The position numbers and the translations under genes were made by a program. DNA of 63,028 bases, the filler included, from Rhabdomonas costata (Eukaryota), in NCBI GenBank assembly GCA_019059605.1. It is 56 parts of 56 records of this genome, joined end to end, with 100 filler letters (N's around TTAATTAATTAA, not from the genome) between each part and the next. Parts side by side here need not be neighbours in the genome. Positions count along the whole stretch, not along the records: positions 1 to 1,027 come from JAHMHO010032690.1; positions 1,128 to 2,155 come from JAHMHO010032691.1; positions 2,256 to 3,282 come from JAHMHO010032692.1; positions 3,383 to 4,419 come from JAHMHO010032693.1; positions 4,520 to 5,547 come from JAHMHO010032694.1; positions 5,648 to 6,674 come from JAHMHO010032695.1; positions 6,775 to 7,801 come from JAHMHO010032696.1; positions 7,902 to 8,928 come from JAHMHO010032697.1; 48 more parts are not named here. One strand, 5' to 3'. Below are positions 1-11,845 of the stretch, piece after piece. The first letter of the stretch is position 1. Every line of letters starts with the position of its first letter. Below the pieces are notes generated by a model that had not been told where the DNA came from, made no database searches, and saw nothing but the letters and a program-made list of their open reading frames with translations.

Positions 1-240
1 CGAGGGGGGTTTGAGAAGGTAGCCGTTTAAAAAAAGACAAGGAAAATTCAAGGAGAACCCCCAACGAAGGGATCAGGTGGGTTCAAAAACACTACAAGCA
101 TCTGGGATTCGAGTCTATAGGAAAAATTCCATAGCTACGATGACCAACTGGACTTTTGACACAGCTGACATGGTTTGAGGGTTAAACTCTCTCTCGCTCC
201 TGCAAACGTACGCCGCAAGCACGCTGCACTGCACACATAC

Positions 241-466
241 CCCGCAGCAGCTCCAGCACAATGTACAAGGTGGTGGAGGTGTTGAGGACGTCGGCGAGGC
301 TGACGATGTGGCGGTGTTGAATCTGCTTCATGATCGCCGTCTCCGTAGTGAGGCTCTCCAGGGTGCTGCCCTTGGCCTTGGTCTTGTCCACCACCTTCAC
401 CGCGAACTGCGCCCGGCTGCTATCCCTCTTGATGCACCGGTGCACAACAGCATAGCTGCCCTTGCC
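241..466 (-). CDS. Internal exon of Ser/Thr protein kinase (CaMK/CDPK-like), subdomains I-V
   Basis: ctttcacag|GKGSYAVVHRCIKR..FAVKVVDK..ETAIMKQIQHRHIVSLADVL...LYIVLELLRG|gtatgt; Gly-rich loop, AVK lysine, alphaC Glu. Confidence 0.9.
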
Positions 467-1027
467 CTGTGAAAGAGTATCCACCCACCCACCCGACACC
501 CACTACATCGAAAGTCACACAGCAGAAGGAAGAAGCCGAAGAAGGGAAAGCCGTCCCCATTCCCAAATAAATAATAGCAGCGGAAAGGCGTGAGTCGTTC
601 AGAATTGCATTCAAGCCCCATCGCCAAGAGCATGTAGCGCTTACGAGTTTTGTGTCAAGAATGCAGTCACACTTGCGAGAGCCTTGAATCTTAACATGCC
701 AAAAAACCGGCCCACACTACCGGAAAGGAGAAACAACCCATCCCCTCACCATCCTCCCACTCCAATAGAGGCAAGCCGGCCGCTGCCGAAACCCCCCCTA
801 TTTCAGCGTTGGCGTGAATGCCAGCACTGTCCGGCCTTTGCAGCCGCCAGAATGGTGTATCATGATGGAAGAGCTGAAGCTACTGAAGCAACTACGCTGG
901 GGTCCGGCTTGCCCCGGGTGTCATGGTCTCGAAAGGGCGGAGGTCTGAAACCAATTTTCTCACGCCCAAGGAATGCCCCCGCCCCTCTACGTTGCAGCTG
1001 CAAGAATGGTGAAGAATCACAACACCC

Positions 1028-1127
1028 NNNNNNNNNNNNNNNNNNNNNNNNNNNNNNNNNNNNNNNNNNNNTTAATTAATTAANNNNNNNNNNNNNNNNN
1101 NNNNNNNNNNNNNNNNNNNNNNNNNNN
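1028..1127. other. Artificial contig spacer N44-TTAATTAATTAA-N44 (first of ~55, recurring every ~1,127 bp)
   Basis: Identical 100-bp palindromic six-frame stop linker between all ~1,027-bp sequence blocks. Confidence 0.99.
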
Positions 1128-2255
1128 GCCGGTTCTACGCCAAGCTCTGCTTCGACAAAACTGTGCAGGAAGCGGTATACTTTTCCCAGTCCCCAACCGC
1201 AGTCTATTCCGTTCTCGCTCCGCCATCAAACCGCAGCAAAGGTGCAAAAAAAAATGCGGGACCCAGAAAGAAAAGGCTTGCGGAGCAAAGGAAAAGTAGC
1301 CCACTTAGGAGCACACAAATGTTCCTGCCACCCGGGTAGCCAGTCAACCGTCGGGTCATGAACAGCTGGAGGCCCCCCACCGTGAAAGATTGGCCAGGCA
1401 GCTGGAAATATTTTCTCCCTTGCATTCTCCCCTGTAGGGCACTTGGGTGGTGGCCACAGGAACTGAAAAGCACAAAATGAAATGAAATGAAAAAGAAAAC
1501 CGCAAAAAAAAAAAAACGGAAAGAAATCGGGTTTTCCTTCAGCTCCCAGAAATGCCCAGAAAAACAAGTGAATGCTTGACCTTAAACCGAAAGTTCGGTC
1601 AATGTACACAAAGTCGACAAGTTGAGCCTATTTTTGACCCTCCCCATCCAGCTTTCAGCTTTTTGCCCTAAAGAACGTCTCCTCCCCGCACTTCTTCACT
1701 AGTGACAATTACTGGAGCTTTTATATACGGTTTGGTCTGTTCACATTGCCTTTCGCCAATATTCCAATCATTTGTACCTTTGTACCTTGTGTCGTGTCAA
1801 GGGTTTTTTTGAATAACCCGATTCCTGATCAGGTCGGCACAGCCCCCCCGAAGCCAATTCCTGGTTCGCGCGGCCTACATCAGTGTTGCCGGTGACAAAA
1901 ACTTCTCTTTCCAAGAGGGAGCTGGAAAACACTTGACCCAGGAACGGCCGGTCAGGATCATACGTATCACCGCTCTCCCTCTCTCTCCCGCCCTCCTTAG
2001 GTCGCCAACATGCACGTCGCCTTACTGAGTCAGTTCCGTGGATCGTCATCTGTGGCGTGGCCAGAGATAATGCACCTGGTGGTGAACTGTCCCACGAACG
2101 AGCTCCAGTCGAAATGGACGCTGAGCGTCTTAGGTTGGGCGCGTCCCCACCCCCANNNNNNNNNNNNNNNNNNNNNNNNNNNNNNNNNNNNNNNNNNNNT
2201 TAATTAATTAANNNNNNNNNNNNNNNNNNNNNNNNNNNNNNNNNNNNNNNNNNNN

Positions 2256-3012
2256 GGGGGGACTGGCTGCTGAACCCCGAGGACATCCCTGGAGAGCTCG
2301 CCCTGCCGAAGCTTGTGGAGAGAGTCCTACCTAGTCTGCATTGGCCTGCGGCCCACCCCGAGACCAGCGCCACGGCCACCCCTGAGGGGGTGGGCCCCAG
2401 CATGGGCCACGCCGTGCAGAGCCACTACTTGATGCGCCGTATCGGGGACCTCCTGCGGCACAACCGTCTTAGCCCTGCCTTCACCCAGGTTCTCATTCGG
2501 GGGTGTAAGTGAGTATGTAAGGGGGATAAGGTGTTTTCGTGATGCTTGTGTTCGTTTTTGTGTTCCACGGCCTCTTTGTCACCTTTGTGAAAAGAAAGGG
2601 AAATGGGTCTCACCGGAAAATGCACTGCAGAGGTGGGAATGTGGTCTAGACTGATGAGCGATTGGGTGATTCTTTGGTGGTCCTATCCGGACACCCGGCG
2701 CTCTTGGCTTCGGTAGAAGGGACGCAAAAAGAGTGAGAACAAGAGAGACAAAGAAAGAGTGGGTCTGAGACAAACTGAGGATGTTTGTAAATACTGCTGC
2801 TGAAAGGTGGACTGTGTACAAGTTTGTTTGTGAGCAATTTACGTGCAATGTGGAGGGGGGGACGGGCGGGCAGGTTGAGATGCCGCTGGTCCCCGTGCTG
2901 GCGCAGATGGAGCTGTGCGGGATGGGCTTCGATCCGGTGCGGTGCCTGTCGCAGCAAAGGGCTCTGGAGCGTCGCAAGCAGTGGCTGGAGAAGGAGGCTT
3001 ACCGCCTCGCCG
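2256..3012 (+). CDS. POLQ: Family A DNA polymerase, Pol theta-like; exons ~2256-2488 and 2874-3012
   Basis: WLLNP motif, then ...AFTQ|gt..cag|VEMPLVPVLAQMELCGMGFD...LEKEAYRLAG|gt, the PolA thumb signature (EMPLxxVLAxME.xG; LExEAYxLAG). Family is secure, orthology is tentative. Confidence 0.75.
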
Positions 3013-3516
3013 GTTTCTGCAGCTCTGTGTGATGTCACACACATGATTGCCGTGACGTGGGATGTTGGGGTGAAGGAGCCTCTGCTGCCGCGAATGCTAA
3101 TATCTGCTGATAAGGGATGAATTTCTGTGACCCGCTCGTCCATATGCGGGCAAATTAGAGAAAGAGGTCAGCAGCGCACAAAAAAATATGCTGCATACGC
3201 CCCGCCCCGTGTGTTCAGTCCCCATTAGCGGCTACCACGAGGTGGGAGAATTTCCGAATCTGCTAACGGCCCCCCAAAAACANNNNNNNNNNNNNNNNNN
3301 NNNNNNNNNNNNNNNNNNNNNNNNNNTTAATTAATTAANNNNNNNNNNNNNNNNNNNNNNNNNNNNNNNNNNNNNNNNNNNNGGTGGGCGGAGGGGGGTC
3401 GGCCACCCACTCTTCCCCTTTTCCCCCGTTCCTTTTCAGTCGCATCTTCTTGGCCTGCACGTTGGACGGGAACCTGTGGTTGAGCTTGGACACTGCAGCT
3501 TATCGGAGGCTCGCTC

Positions 3517-3574
<58 letters not shown>

Positions 3575-3575
3575 G
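3517..3575. repeat. (TTG)n microsatellite
   Basis: About 19 perfect TTG units. Confidence 0.97.
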
Positions 3576-3955
3576 ATAACCCATCAGCTACTAATTGTTC
3601 GTTGTCCTCTGTGAAAGTGGATCATCCCCCATCTATGGCACGTTCCCTATATGGTAGTACAACCCACGGGGAGGGGGGAGGGACAGAGGGTATCCAATAC
3701 TCATGAGGGCACTCTCAGGGGAATCCCGTGCAATTGAGCAGCAGCACCACTCCCTATGCTCCTCGGCGTTCACTTCCCCTGCTCGCTGCTTACCTACATT
3801 TTCACATTTGTTGCCCTCCTTGGTCGGAAGGGGCTAAAGGTAGAAAGACCTCACTCGAAAGGTGGATGACAACAACAGGTCTCTCTGGCATACCATGGAT
3901 GTGCACTTCTAACTATGTTCTTTGGACTCAAAGGTGGTTCCGGATGTCCTCACAG

Positions 3956-4094
3956 GAGGTGAGGGCCCAGCTGGAAAGATGGGAGCCCCAGAAGGCCGAG
4001 CGCAGGGCCCGGATCTGGAAGTTCAGCCGCAACGCTCAGGTCGCGGCCAGACCGACCGACGAGGAGGCCCGAGGGAAGAGCTCTACCCACCAAA
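3956..4094 (+). CDS. Probable internal exon, unknown protein
   Basis: cacag|EVRAQLERWEPQKAERRARIWKFSRNAQVAARPTDEEARGKSSTHQ|gtacgt; GC3-rich codons. Confidence 0.5.
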
Positions 4095-4519
4095 GTACGT
4101 TTGTCCCGCGTAGCGTGTGTCGCGCCCCTTTTTCCTCCGCCTTGATCCGCTTGTGCTGAGGAAGCCGTATGCTGCCGCTGTCGGTGTCCCGGATCCCAGC
4201 ATGTTTTGTTTATCCCCGTTAATGGAAAGATGGCTGAATCTTCTCACCTGCAAGTTTCCTCGGATGCAAAGCTCATCCATAAGGAATGGAAGTGCCTGTA
4301 CACATCCGCATCCCATTCTCCCTGTCAACTGGGTGTGGTTGAGTGTGGCTTCCTTTTGCGCCGCGGTAACTTGCAGGTGAGAAGATTCAGCCATCTTTCC
4401 ATTAACGGGGATAAACAAANNNNNNNNNNNNNNNNNNNNNNNNNNNNNNNNNNNNNNNNNNNNTTAATTAATTAANNNNNNNNNNNNNNNNNNNNNNNNN
4501 NNNNNNNNNNNNNNNNNNN

Positions 4520-5460
4520 TGTGGGGCCAGGTGAGATACGGATGGCCGATAGAGTTAGTGGGGGAAGACCCCTGGTGAGACATAGAGCCAGGACACTGGA
4601 GGGAGGCTGCATGGAAGGGGAATGCGTGCATACGACCCTACTGCAGAGATTCAGGTGGTATGTTTTCGGAGTTTTTCAGAGGAAGAAGGATGCATCCACA
4701 GCGTTTTCCAGAGTTTTCACAGGTAAAAGAGACAAGGAGGCCGAGATTTCAGAGAATGTTTACAGACAAGGCCTCAGCGGATGCAGGCGGAGAAGACGGC
4801 CAGTGTGGTGTGTTACACAGCGGCAGTTTGAAATTTCATGGTCACTTCTTTTGTCCAGGATTTCAAATTTTACGTTAGGTGTTGAAGAAAATGAAAAAAG
4901 TTGTCAGGTCGTTTGTTTTCCAGAGTGTTTTTCTCGTTACTTTCGCCTTTGTTGTTACTGAGGTGCCCCAAAAGAACCACAGCAGAGCCGCAGGCCAGAG
5001 CCTAGAGGAGACCATGAGGGCCCTGCAGAGGGTAGAGATGGCGGTGGGTTTGCAGAGCGTGAGTGGTGGGAACGCTGCAGAGTTGCACAGGACAGGGTGT
5101 GTGCAGTCGTGTGCCACTTCCACATCCTTCTCTTTGGGTCGAGATCGTGGAAAGGCATAAGCGGCGAGACCCGCCCAGAGGAACACTTCACAGCCCAGAT
5201 TTGTGAGCCATAAGGCCCGACAATTCGACCACACCTGTGTCCAGAGCAGCCCACCGCCAGAGACACACGTGCATCTCACCACACCCCGTCATTTGCAGAA
5301 GCTGTGCCCCCAAAGGTTTCCAGATTCCAAATCGGCTTGGTGAAGGCAAGTGGTCGGAGCCCTCCCCACACATTTCAGAAAGGCGAAGCTCGAGAAAAGC
5401 AGCTCCAATGCGACCACCGGGAAGCGAAGAATGGAAGCCACGGTCTAGGTGCGAGTCACC
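4520..5460 (+). repeat. Dispersed repeat family, copy 1 (possible LTR or non-autonomous element)
   Basis: Colinear, clearly homologous to the reverse complement of 61111-61901, with an extra ~160 bp at ~5095-5255; no conserved ORF. Confidence 0.85.
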
Positions 5461-5969
5461 CAGGTAAGTCGAGGCAGCGCCCACCTTGTGCAAGCAATGT
5501 CGGGATACAGTACAACGCGAGCAGGATCCAGAGGCATCACCACCACANNNNNNNNNNNNNNNNNNNNNNNNNNNNNNNNNNNNNNNNNNNNTTAATTAAT
5601 TAANNNNNNNNNNNNNNNNNNNNNNNNNNNNNNNNNNNNNNNNNNNNGGGGGGGGGGGCGCATGACTCTCTGGTTGTTGTGCTTTTTGTGCTTTTTTGGA
5701 ATAATGGTTTGTCAGGATTGCATCACAGGACGGCAAATGCATGCCTCATTTTTTTGGACATCCGGTGCTGAGCGGGTGCATTGGTGATTTGTTATGGCGA
5801 CAGTTCTCCGGGTTTTTCTAAGGGCCTCAAATTGCACAGAGTGTTTTGTAATCAGGCACGGTTTAAATGTGCAGAGGTGTTCCACATGTTGACCGCTTCA
5901 CCCATTTCTTGCCAGGTGGTGCTCGTCCTTTGTAAGGTCATGAACAGAGGGTTCTCACATTTTGTTCAG

Positions 5970-6101
5970 GGGTTGGCCCTCGTGTACACCAGCAGCGGCT
6001 GTGCAATGGACTGGTGGGAAGTGATGATGTACGCCGTTTTGCTGGCGCTCTGCTCGGTGTACTTCGGTTACGGGCGGGTCTCCGTGCTGTACGTCATGTG
6101 A
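5970..6101 (+). CDS. Terminal exon of a membrane protein
   Basis: ttgttcag|GLALVYTSSGCAMDWWEVMMYAVLLALCSVYFGYGRVSVLYVM-TGA; hydrophobic, GC3-rich. Confidence 0.5.
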   Translation, partial: GLALVYTSSGCAMDWWEVMMYAVLLALCSVYFGYGRVSVLYVM

Positions 6102-7117
6102 AGGGCCAATGGTGAGCGATACCTCGGGCTTGGGCCCAGCCACATATGAGTGGGCATCACACTGCAGGGCGACTCTTAGGCAGGAAAACCTGCGAATCGG
6201 GTACCCCAGCGCTCGCTGGGCGGGTATTTCCAAAACATCCCACGAAGAGGATTGTGGAGTTTCCCTCGGTATTGTATTGGTAGTTCAGTTGACGCTGGAA
6301 CTTCCGCCCCGGGGGTATGCTACGGACTCCGATCCCGACAGCAAAGTTCAGATCACACATGCCAGCGTCCTACGATGTCTGTTCGGCCTTCCGCCACTTC
6401 ATCGATCTATCGATGGACCGAGCTGTGCAGTTTCTCTGGGCACGTTTCGCACTGCGAAGCGTACCGCTGGGAAATTTCAGCAGCGACACTTGCAGATACA
6501 CTTGCTACTTGCGTAAGTGGAAGCACATTGCAAGTCTGACTTCTGTGCTGAGACACTCAGCAATGCTGTGTTGGAAAGCTGCGTTCTTTTCTCTGTAGGC
6601 GGTTAATATTGGGGAAATGGGTGGAGGATGCGGCTGTGTTTGTTTTGGAAGATAGGAAAACCCGGTGGTCATCANNNNNNNNNNNNNNNNNNNNNNNNNN
6701 NNNNNNNNNNNNNNNNNNTTAATTAATTAANNNNNNNNNNNNNNNNNNNNNNNNNNNNNNNNNNNNNNNNNNNNGACATATCTGTGCAGTACATACACTA
6801 ATAAATAACCACTCAAGATGAAACACAAAAACATGAAATCTTGAACCCAAAATCCAAAGCCCAAAGTGCGCGTTCGTGTGTGTTCCCGTTCATCACCAGC
6901 AGGAAGGTCGATTGTTGGGCAAAGCGAGGATGTTTGCTTGTTTGCGAAAAGCTTTTGGTTGATTGCGATTCATCATTGTGGAGTTTTTCGTCACCTATTC
7001 ACCAATGTTCAAGATACCCACTCACTAAGAGAGCCAATCCCCGGATGTGGTCTATGCCCTCCCCTCCCCCCTCTCGCGACTTCCTTCTTGCCTGGTTGTT
7101 TTCCTGCTCAAGCAGAC

Positions 7118-7412
7118 CTGTCTTCCTCGGCGGAGTCCATGCGGCAGGACGCAGCGAGCTCCCAGGCCCCGTCCGTGGCCAGCGCCCCCTCGGTGCGCTC
7201 GGAGGACCACAACAGCAGCGGTGCCTGGCCGGACCCCTTGCTAGCCTTGGAGGCCGTGGAGGCTGCGGAGGCCTCGGCGTCATCCTCGCGGCCCCCCCGA
7301 GTGTCGAAGTTGAAGTGGAAGCGGTGGTAGGTCTTGGCCTGCGCGGAGCTGCCCCCGCCGGAGGACTCCGAGTTCGAGGCCGAGGGGGGACCGGCGCAGT
7401 CCCCGTAGTCCT
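7118..7412 (-). CDS. Internal exon, Ser/Ala-rich unknown protein
   Basis: actcag| open frame GLRRSPSASNSESS..KTYHRFHFNFDTRGG..MDSAEEDR |gtctgc; very high GC3. Confidence 0.55.
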
Positions 7413-8401
7413 CTGAGTGTGCAGGAGGAGGGGGTAAAACGAAAGTGGCATCTCAGATCCGAATCCCATCCAGAGGTTGTAAGAGCAAGAGGAGGCCATT
7501 ACAGGTGTGTGCTGGGCGAGCTCCCTACCAAAGCGAAGGCATGCAAATCATCACTGAAGTTCCAGCGTAGACAAGTCGACGCCTGGTAATCAAATCATCA
7601 ATTCATGCGTAGGTTACGTCATAAAGAAGTAGCATCGGGATAATCCTTCGCCGCGAGTACACTCTGATTCCTTCCTGCAGAAATGGGATGTCTATCGATT
7701 CCGGTCGATGAGTGGCAGGGTCTTGTGCAAGAAGGCGACGTCCATTCTTGGGGACACTGGGCTGGGGAAAACATTCGCCCCCCCCCTCCCCTTTTACCTG
7801 GNNNNNNNNNNNNNNNNNNNNNNNNNNNNNNNNNNNNNNNNNNNNTTAATTAATTAANNNNNNNNNNNNNNNNNNNNNNNNNNNNNNNNNNNNNNNNNNN
7901 NGGGTTTTGTTGGTCTTGTTTTTTTTCTTTTTTGCAACCTCACGGTTGCTGCAAAGTTGTACAAGAATGTGCACTAGGCATGAGCCTCCAAAAATGGAAC
8001 ATACTGGTATGGGGTAAAAGAACCAGCGCACAACTGTTTCCTGCGCTTCGACTTAGTCATTGTCCAGTCATTGTCTCGAACATAATGAGTTTGATCCCCG
8101 ATACCATTTGCGTGTTTTCCTATGGCAGATCGGTGCCATGTCCAAACGGCAACCCAGCAGAAGCTGCTGGCTTTCTGGCAAATTTTTAGAAGCGAATAGT
8201 GATCATATGTGATGTCGAATTTTTGAAGCGATTGTCGAGGTTTTTTAATCTCCTCACTTGAGGCCCAGAAGTCCTTTCGATCCATCTTTCACCAACCATT
8301 CCACGCTCTTTGCGAGGGGCTTCTTGTGTCGGTGTCCAACAGCGTCCGATGCTTAGAAGTCTCTCTGCACTCTCTTTGCGGGGGGATGGGGGCAACCTCA
8401 G

Positions 8402-8629
8402 ATTAATGGGGTGCTGTCGCGGCGCGAGGCGGGCCGAGTACTGGACTCCCTGGACGATCGCTCCGCCATCCTTGCCCCTCCGCTGCCGCCGCGTCCCAGC
8501 CCAGCCGCGGCCAACACCACCATGCGGTCCCCGGCAGCGTCTATTCTGCCGCAGATCCGTGGTGGAACCCCGCCCTCTGTGACGGCGGGGGTGTCTTCAC
8601 TGCCCGCGGACTCGCTGGGCTTCCTTTGG
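8402..8629 (+). CDS. Probable exon, Pro-rich unknown protein
   Basis: ctcag|INGVLSRREAGRVLDSLDDRS...GFLW|gtttgc. Confidence 0.45.
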
Positions 8630-9732
8630 GTTTGCGGACCCGCACACCCTAATCGTACACCCACACAATCTCGAAGTTGAAAAACGGTGAAGTTGAAATG
8701 ATCGGTGAGAGAGGAACCCAGAACTTTCTTACAAGAGCACAGACCGATCCACGGAAACAATACCCAGCACATAAAGAGATGCGGCGTCGGCGCGAGCACG
8801 GGATAAGGGCAAAAGGGCCGGGGGGCGCCCGACCCTGCGGCAAACTCCCCTGCGGAAACAGACAAAAAAGATGATAATATATCAATGCATAAGTTGTCTC
8901 GGTACCTCCTTAACAACCGAAATGCGTGNNNNNNNNNNNNNNNNNNNNNNNNNNNNNNNNNNNNNNNNNNNNTTAATTAATTAANNNNNNNNNNNNNNNN
9001 NNNNNNNNNNNNNNNNNNNNNNNNNNNNGGGGAGAAGTACACCCTGGGTCCCCTCGTGAAGTGGCAGAGGTCCTTCGCAACCTGTACCTTGTTGTGTGTT
9101 TGAATGGAAGCGGCGCAAAAGGAAAGGAAAGAGCCGCCAAGGGTTAAAGGTCAGGAAACAAGGAGCGGCCACCCGCAGCGTCTTGGGGAGTGCTCACCCA
9201 CTGCGTTGTCATTGATATTGTCATTTCATGATGCAGGAACATTGGAAACATTCGCTTCTGTGCGAATTTTCTTGCTTTTTCATAAATAATTGAGTAAGAG
9301 ATTTGAAGATAAAAGTAAATTTAGATTTAAAAAAGGGTGTTGTGCATTCGCTCCGCTGCCACAGTGATCCCATGCAAATCTGGGACTGTGCTTGTGTCTC
9401 ATTGCTTTCTCCGCGCTTTGGGGTTGGTTGCACGACTGCAACCGATATCAACATTCCTTCCCACAGGTTGCCGTTTTGATTCTTGCGAGGCTGGGATTAT
9501 TGCGGGCGGAAATAGAGACCGCGTTGGTGGGTTCCTTTCCCTGCTCGTAAGGGCCGGGGGTGCGACGACCCAACGTGAGCTCTCAAAGAAAGCCCAAAGT
9601 TAAAAAAAAGGTTGTCGTTATTGTGATTGCGCCCTATTTTGACTTTTCTATTATGGAGATTCATTGCCATTCTTGCAACCCCAACAGGGGGTGCCGGTTG
9701 GTATGGGACGCAATCCGGGGGCGGGTTGTTAG

Positions 9733-9847
9733 GTACCGGAGGTTCCCGTGCAAAATGGTGCTGCGGCTGCTTATCTGCACTCTGCTGGTGGTGCACACTG
9801 CAGTGTGGGGCACTCCGCGGAACCAGGTGGTGCTCAACGCCGGCCTG
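9733..9847 (+). CDS. Exon resembling the first TM segment of a mucolipin/TRPML-like channel
   Basis: ttag|YRRFPCKMVLRLLICTLLVVHTAVWGTPRNQVV|gtgtgt resembles TRPML S1 (RxxPWKLxLQ...G..NQLV); short match. Confidence 0.35.
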
Positions 9848-11542
9848 GTGTGTATGGGTCGAGGGTGGGGTTGACAAAGTGGTTGGTTGGTTTGGGTCCC
9901 TAACCGTCCTGTCGTTTTGATTCCACTCAAGCTGAAGCCGAAACACTGATTGCCAGCGAACAGAACCAAACCTTGCGTTTCTTTGCGCGAAAGGACACTC
10001 CTTCCCATTGCCGAGTCTGGCGAACTGAAAAAAGCAAGTTGGTTCCCCCCCAACCNNNNNNNNNNNNNNNNNNNNNNNNNNNNNNNNNNNNNNNNNNNNT
10101 TAATTAATTAANNNNNNNNNNNNNNNNNNNNNNNNNNNNNNNNNNNNNNNNNNNNGTGGTGTTTTCTTGTTCCTAACGGGAAAGATGTGGTTTAAAACCA
10201 AATTTCAATCGGAATCAGTAAAGTATTTTGCAAAATAAGTAAGCATCAGTTGCATCAGTTGTTTTGCATATTAGTTTCGGCGTTCCGGGCTACTTAAAGG
10301 AAATTTTGCGCCTCAAAATGCCAAACGGATAGGGCAAAGGCCGCGCCTTAACCTTTGTTCCGCTTGAGTCTCCGCAAAAAGTTTGGCCGCCTCAAAATAC
10401 CTCACGTCCTCCGACGTCTGCGTCCCACGGCGTTTGGCGTGAAACCACAGCCTCCCGCAGGGCATGTAAACCAACAACAAAAACAATGTGTTTTGGGGGA
10501 TACCCATCCCGTTCATTGCAAGACGGCGAACTAGCTGGATGACCTCGCAAATATTTCGATTCCCGTCCGCCCCCAAGATGGCACCGGGACGTTCTTATAC
10601 TCACTCAATGTTTTTCCATGTCCCCATCTGCAAATATCCAATTCGCGTGCTGGTATCCCTTCCTCATGTGGGCTAGGTGACTTTGCGTTGATGTATCGTC
10701 TCCACCGTGGGAGTTGGAGAGATTGTGGAGCATCATCACCCGACCCAAATAACCCTAATCCATAATAAACCCAATGATGACCCTTACGCTATACGTATGA
10801 AAACCTTGCCACCATTTAAGATTCCAAGTAAACCCACGAACTCAAGTGGGGCACCGCTTAAATGAACAACCTAGAGTCTCTCTCAACCAAAAGTCCGTCT
10901 CACCTAATGTCCCGGGCTTAAGTATATTTATGTTTTTTGGGACAAATTGCGTGTTGTTAAAGTGGAGGCAAGAAAAAATGTCTCCATTTAGGTCGGCTTT
11001 CCGATTACTATGAAAACCAGCAGAAATGGGGGGGGTTTTAGGATTACCAAGTTAGAGCTTTTCGTCATGATCTCTGTGAGATCGCTGACGGCTTATTCAC
11101 GGGTCTGTTTTGTGCGACTCTGGCTGCATGTTCTCTTTCTCCTCATCCCCACTTCGTTTAAGTGTGTGGAGGACTAAACCGANNNNNNNNNNNNNNNNNN
11201 NNNNNNNNNNNNNNNNNNNNNNNNNNTTAATTAATTAANNNNNNNNNNNNNNNNNNNNNNNNNNNNNNNNNNNNNNNNNNNNTGTTGTTTGTGGTCCACA
11301 AAAATCAAAAATCAGGGCAGAATTTTGGTTCAGAACATTCGAATGAGATTGGGGGCCATTGTGGGGGCATTGTGCATTGGCGGTCGAACAAGGTATCAAA
11401 AATCCTCGCTTGCAAATTCGGAGGGAGGCTAAAGTTGCATCTTCGCCCCCACACCCTCCTCCGGGAAAGGGCCGCACCAGGATCTCACTGATTAAACAGC
11501 AGCACCCATCATTCTCACATCAAAGAAAGCACCGGCCTTCAC

Positions 11543-11845
11543 CTGACCCTGGGCAATCCCTGCCTTGAACCACGGGAACAGAGTGTCGTAGTACTTCAGG
11601 AAGGCCCCCTGGCAGTGGTCGGCGACCCCAGAGAGGGCCTCCACGACGTCCTCCCGCACAAAGCGGTGCAAGGTGCCCTGCAGCAGCCGCAGCAGCGCCG
11701 TCACCAGCCCGTCCAGCACAGGCGCGCTGTCCTCCACGGAGAGGCCCTCCAGGAAGTTCACTACCGCCTTCGCGGCGAGGGAGGCGACCCGTGGGCAGGG
11801 GTCCGCCATGGCCGCACCCATCAGCGGAGCGAAAGTGGACAGGAA
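11543..11845 (-). CDS. IPO5: Importin-beta family HEAT-repeat exon (importin-5/Kap121-like)
   Basis: gtgcag|..DPCPRVASLAAKAVVNFLEG...VREDVVEALSGVAD...FLKYYDTLFPWFK matches importin-5 repeats (PRVxxHAAxALxNF; FxxYYDxxMPxLK). Confidence 0.75.

Noticed and set aside
3327-3706. Poly-Q, poly-L and poly-V ORFs (also poly-T/NH at 16866-17111)
   Set aside because: Translations of microsatellites.
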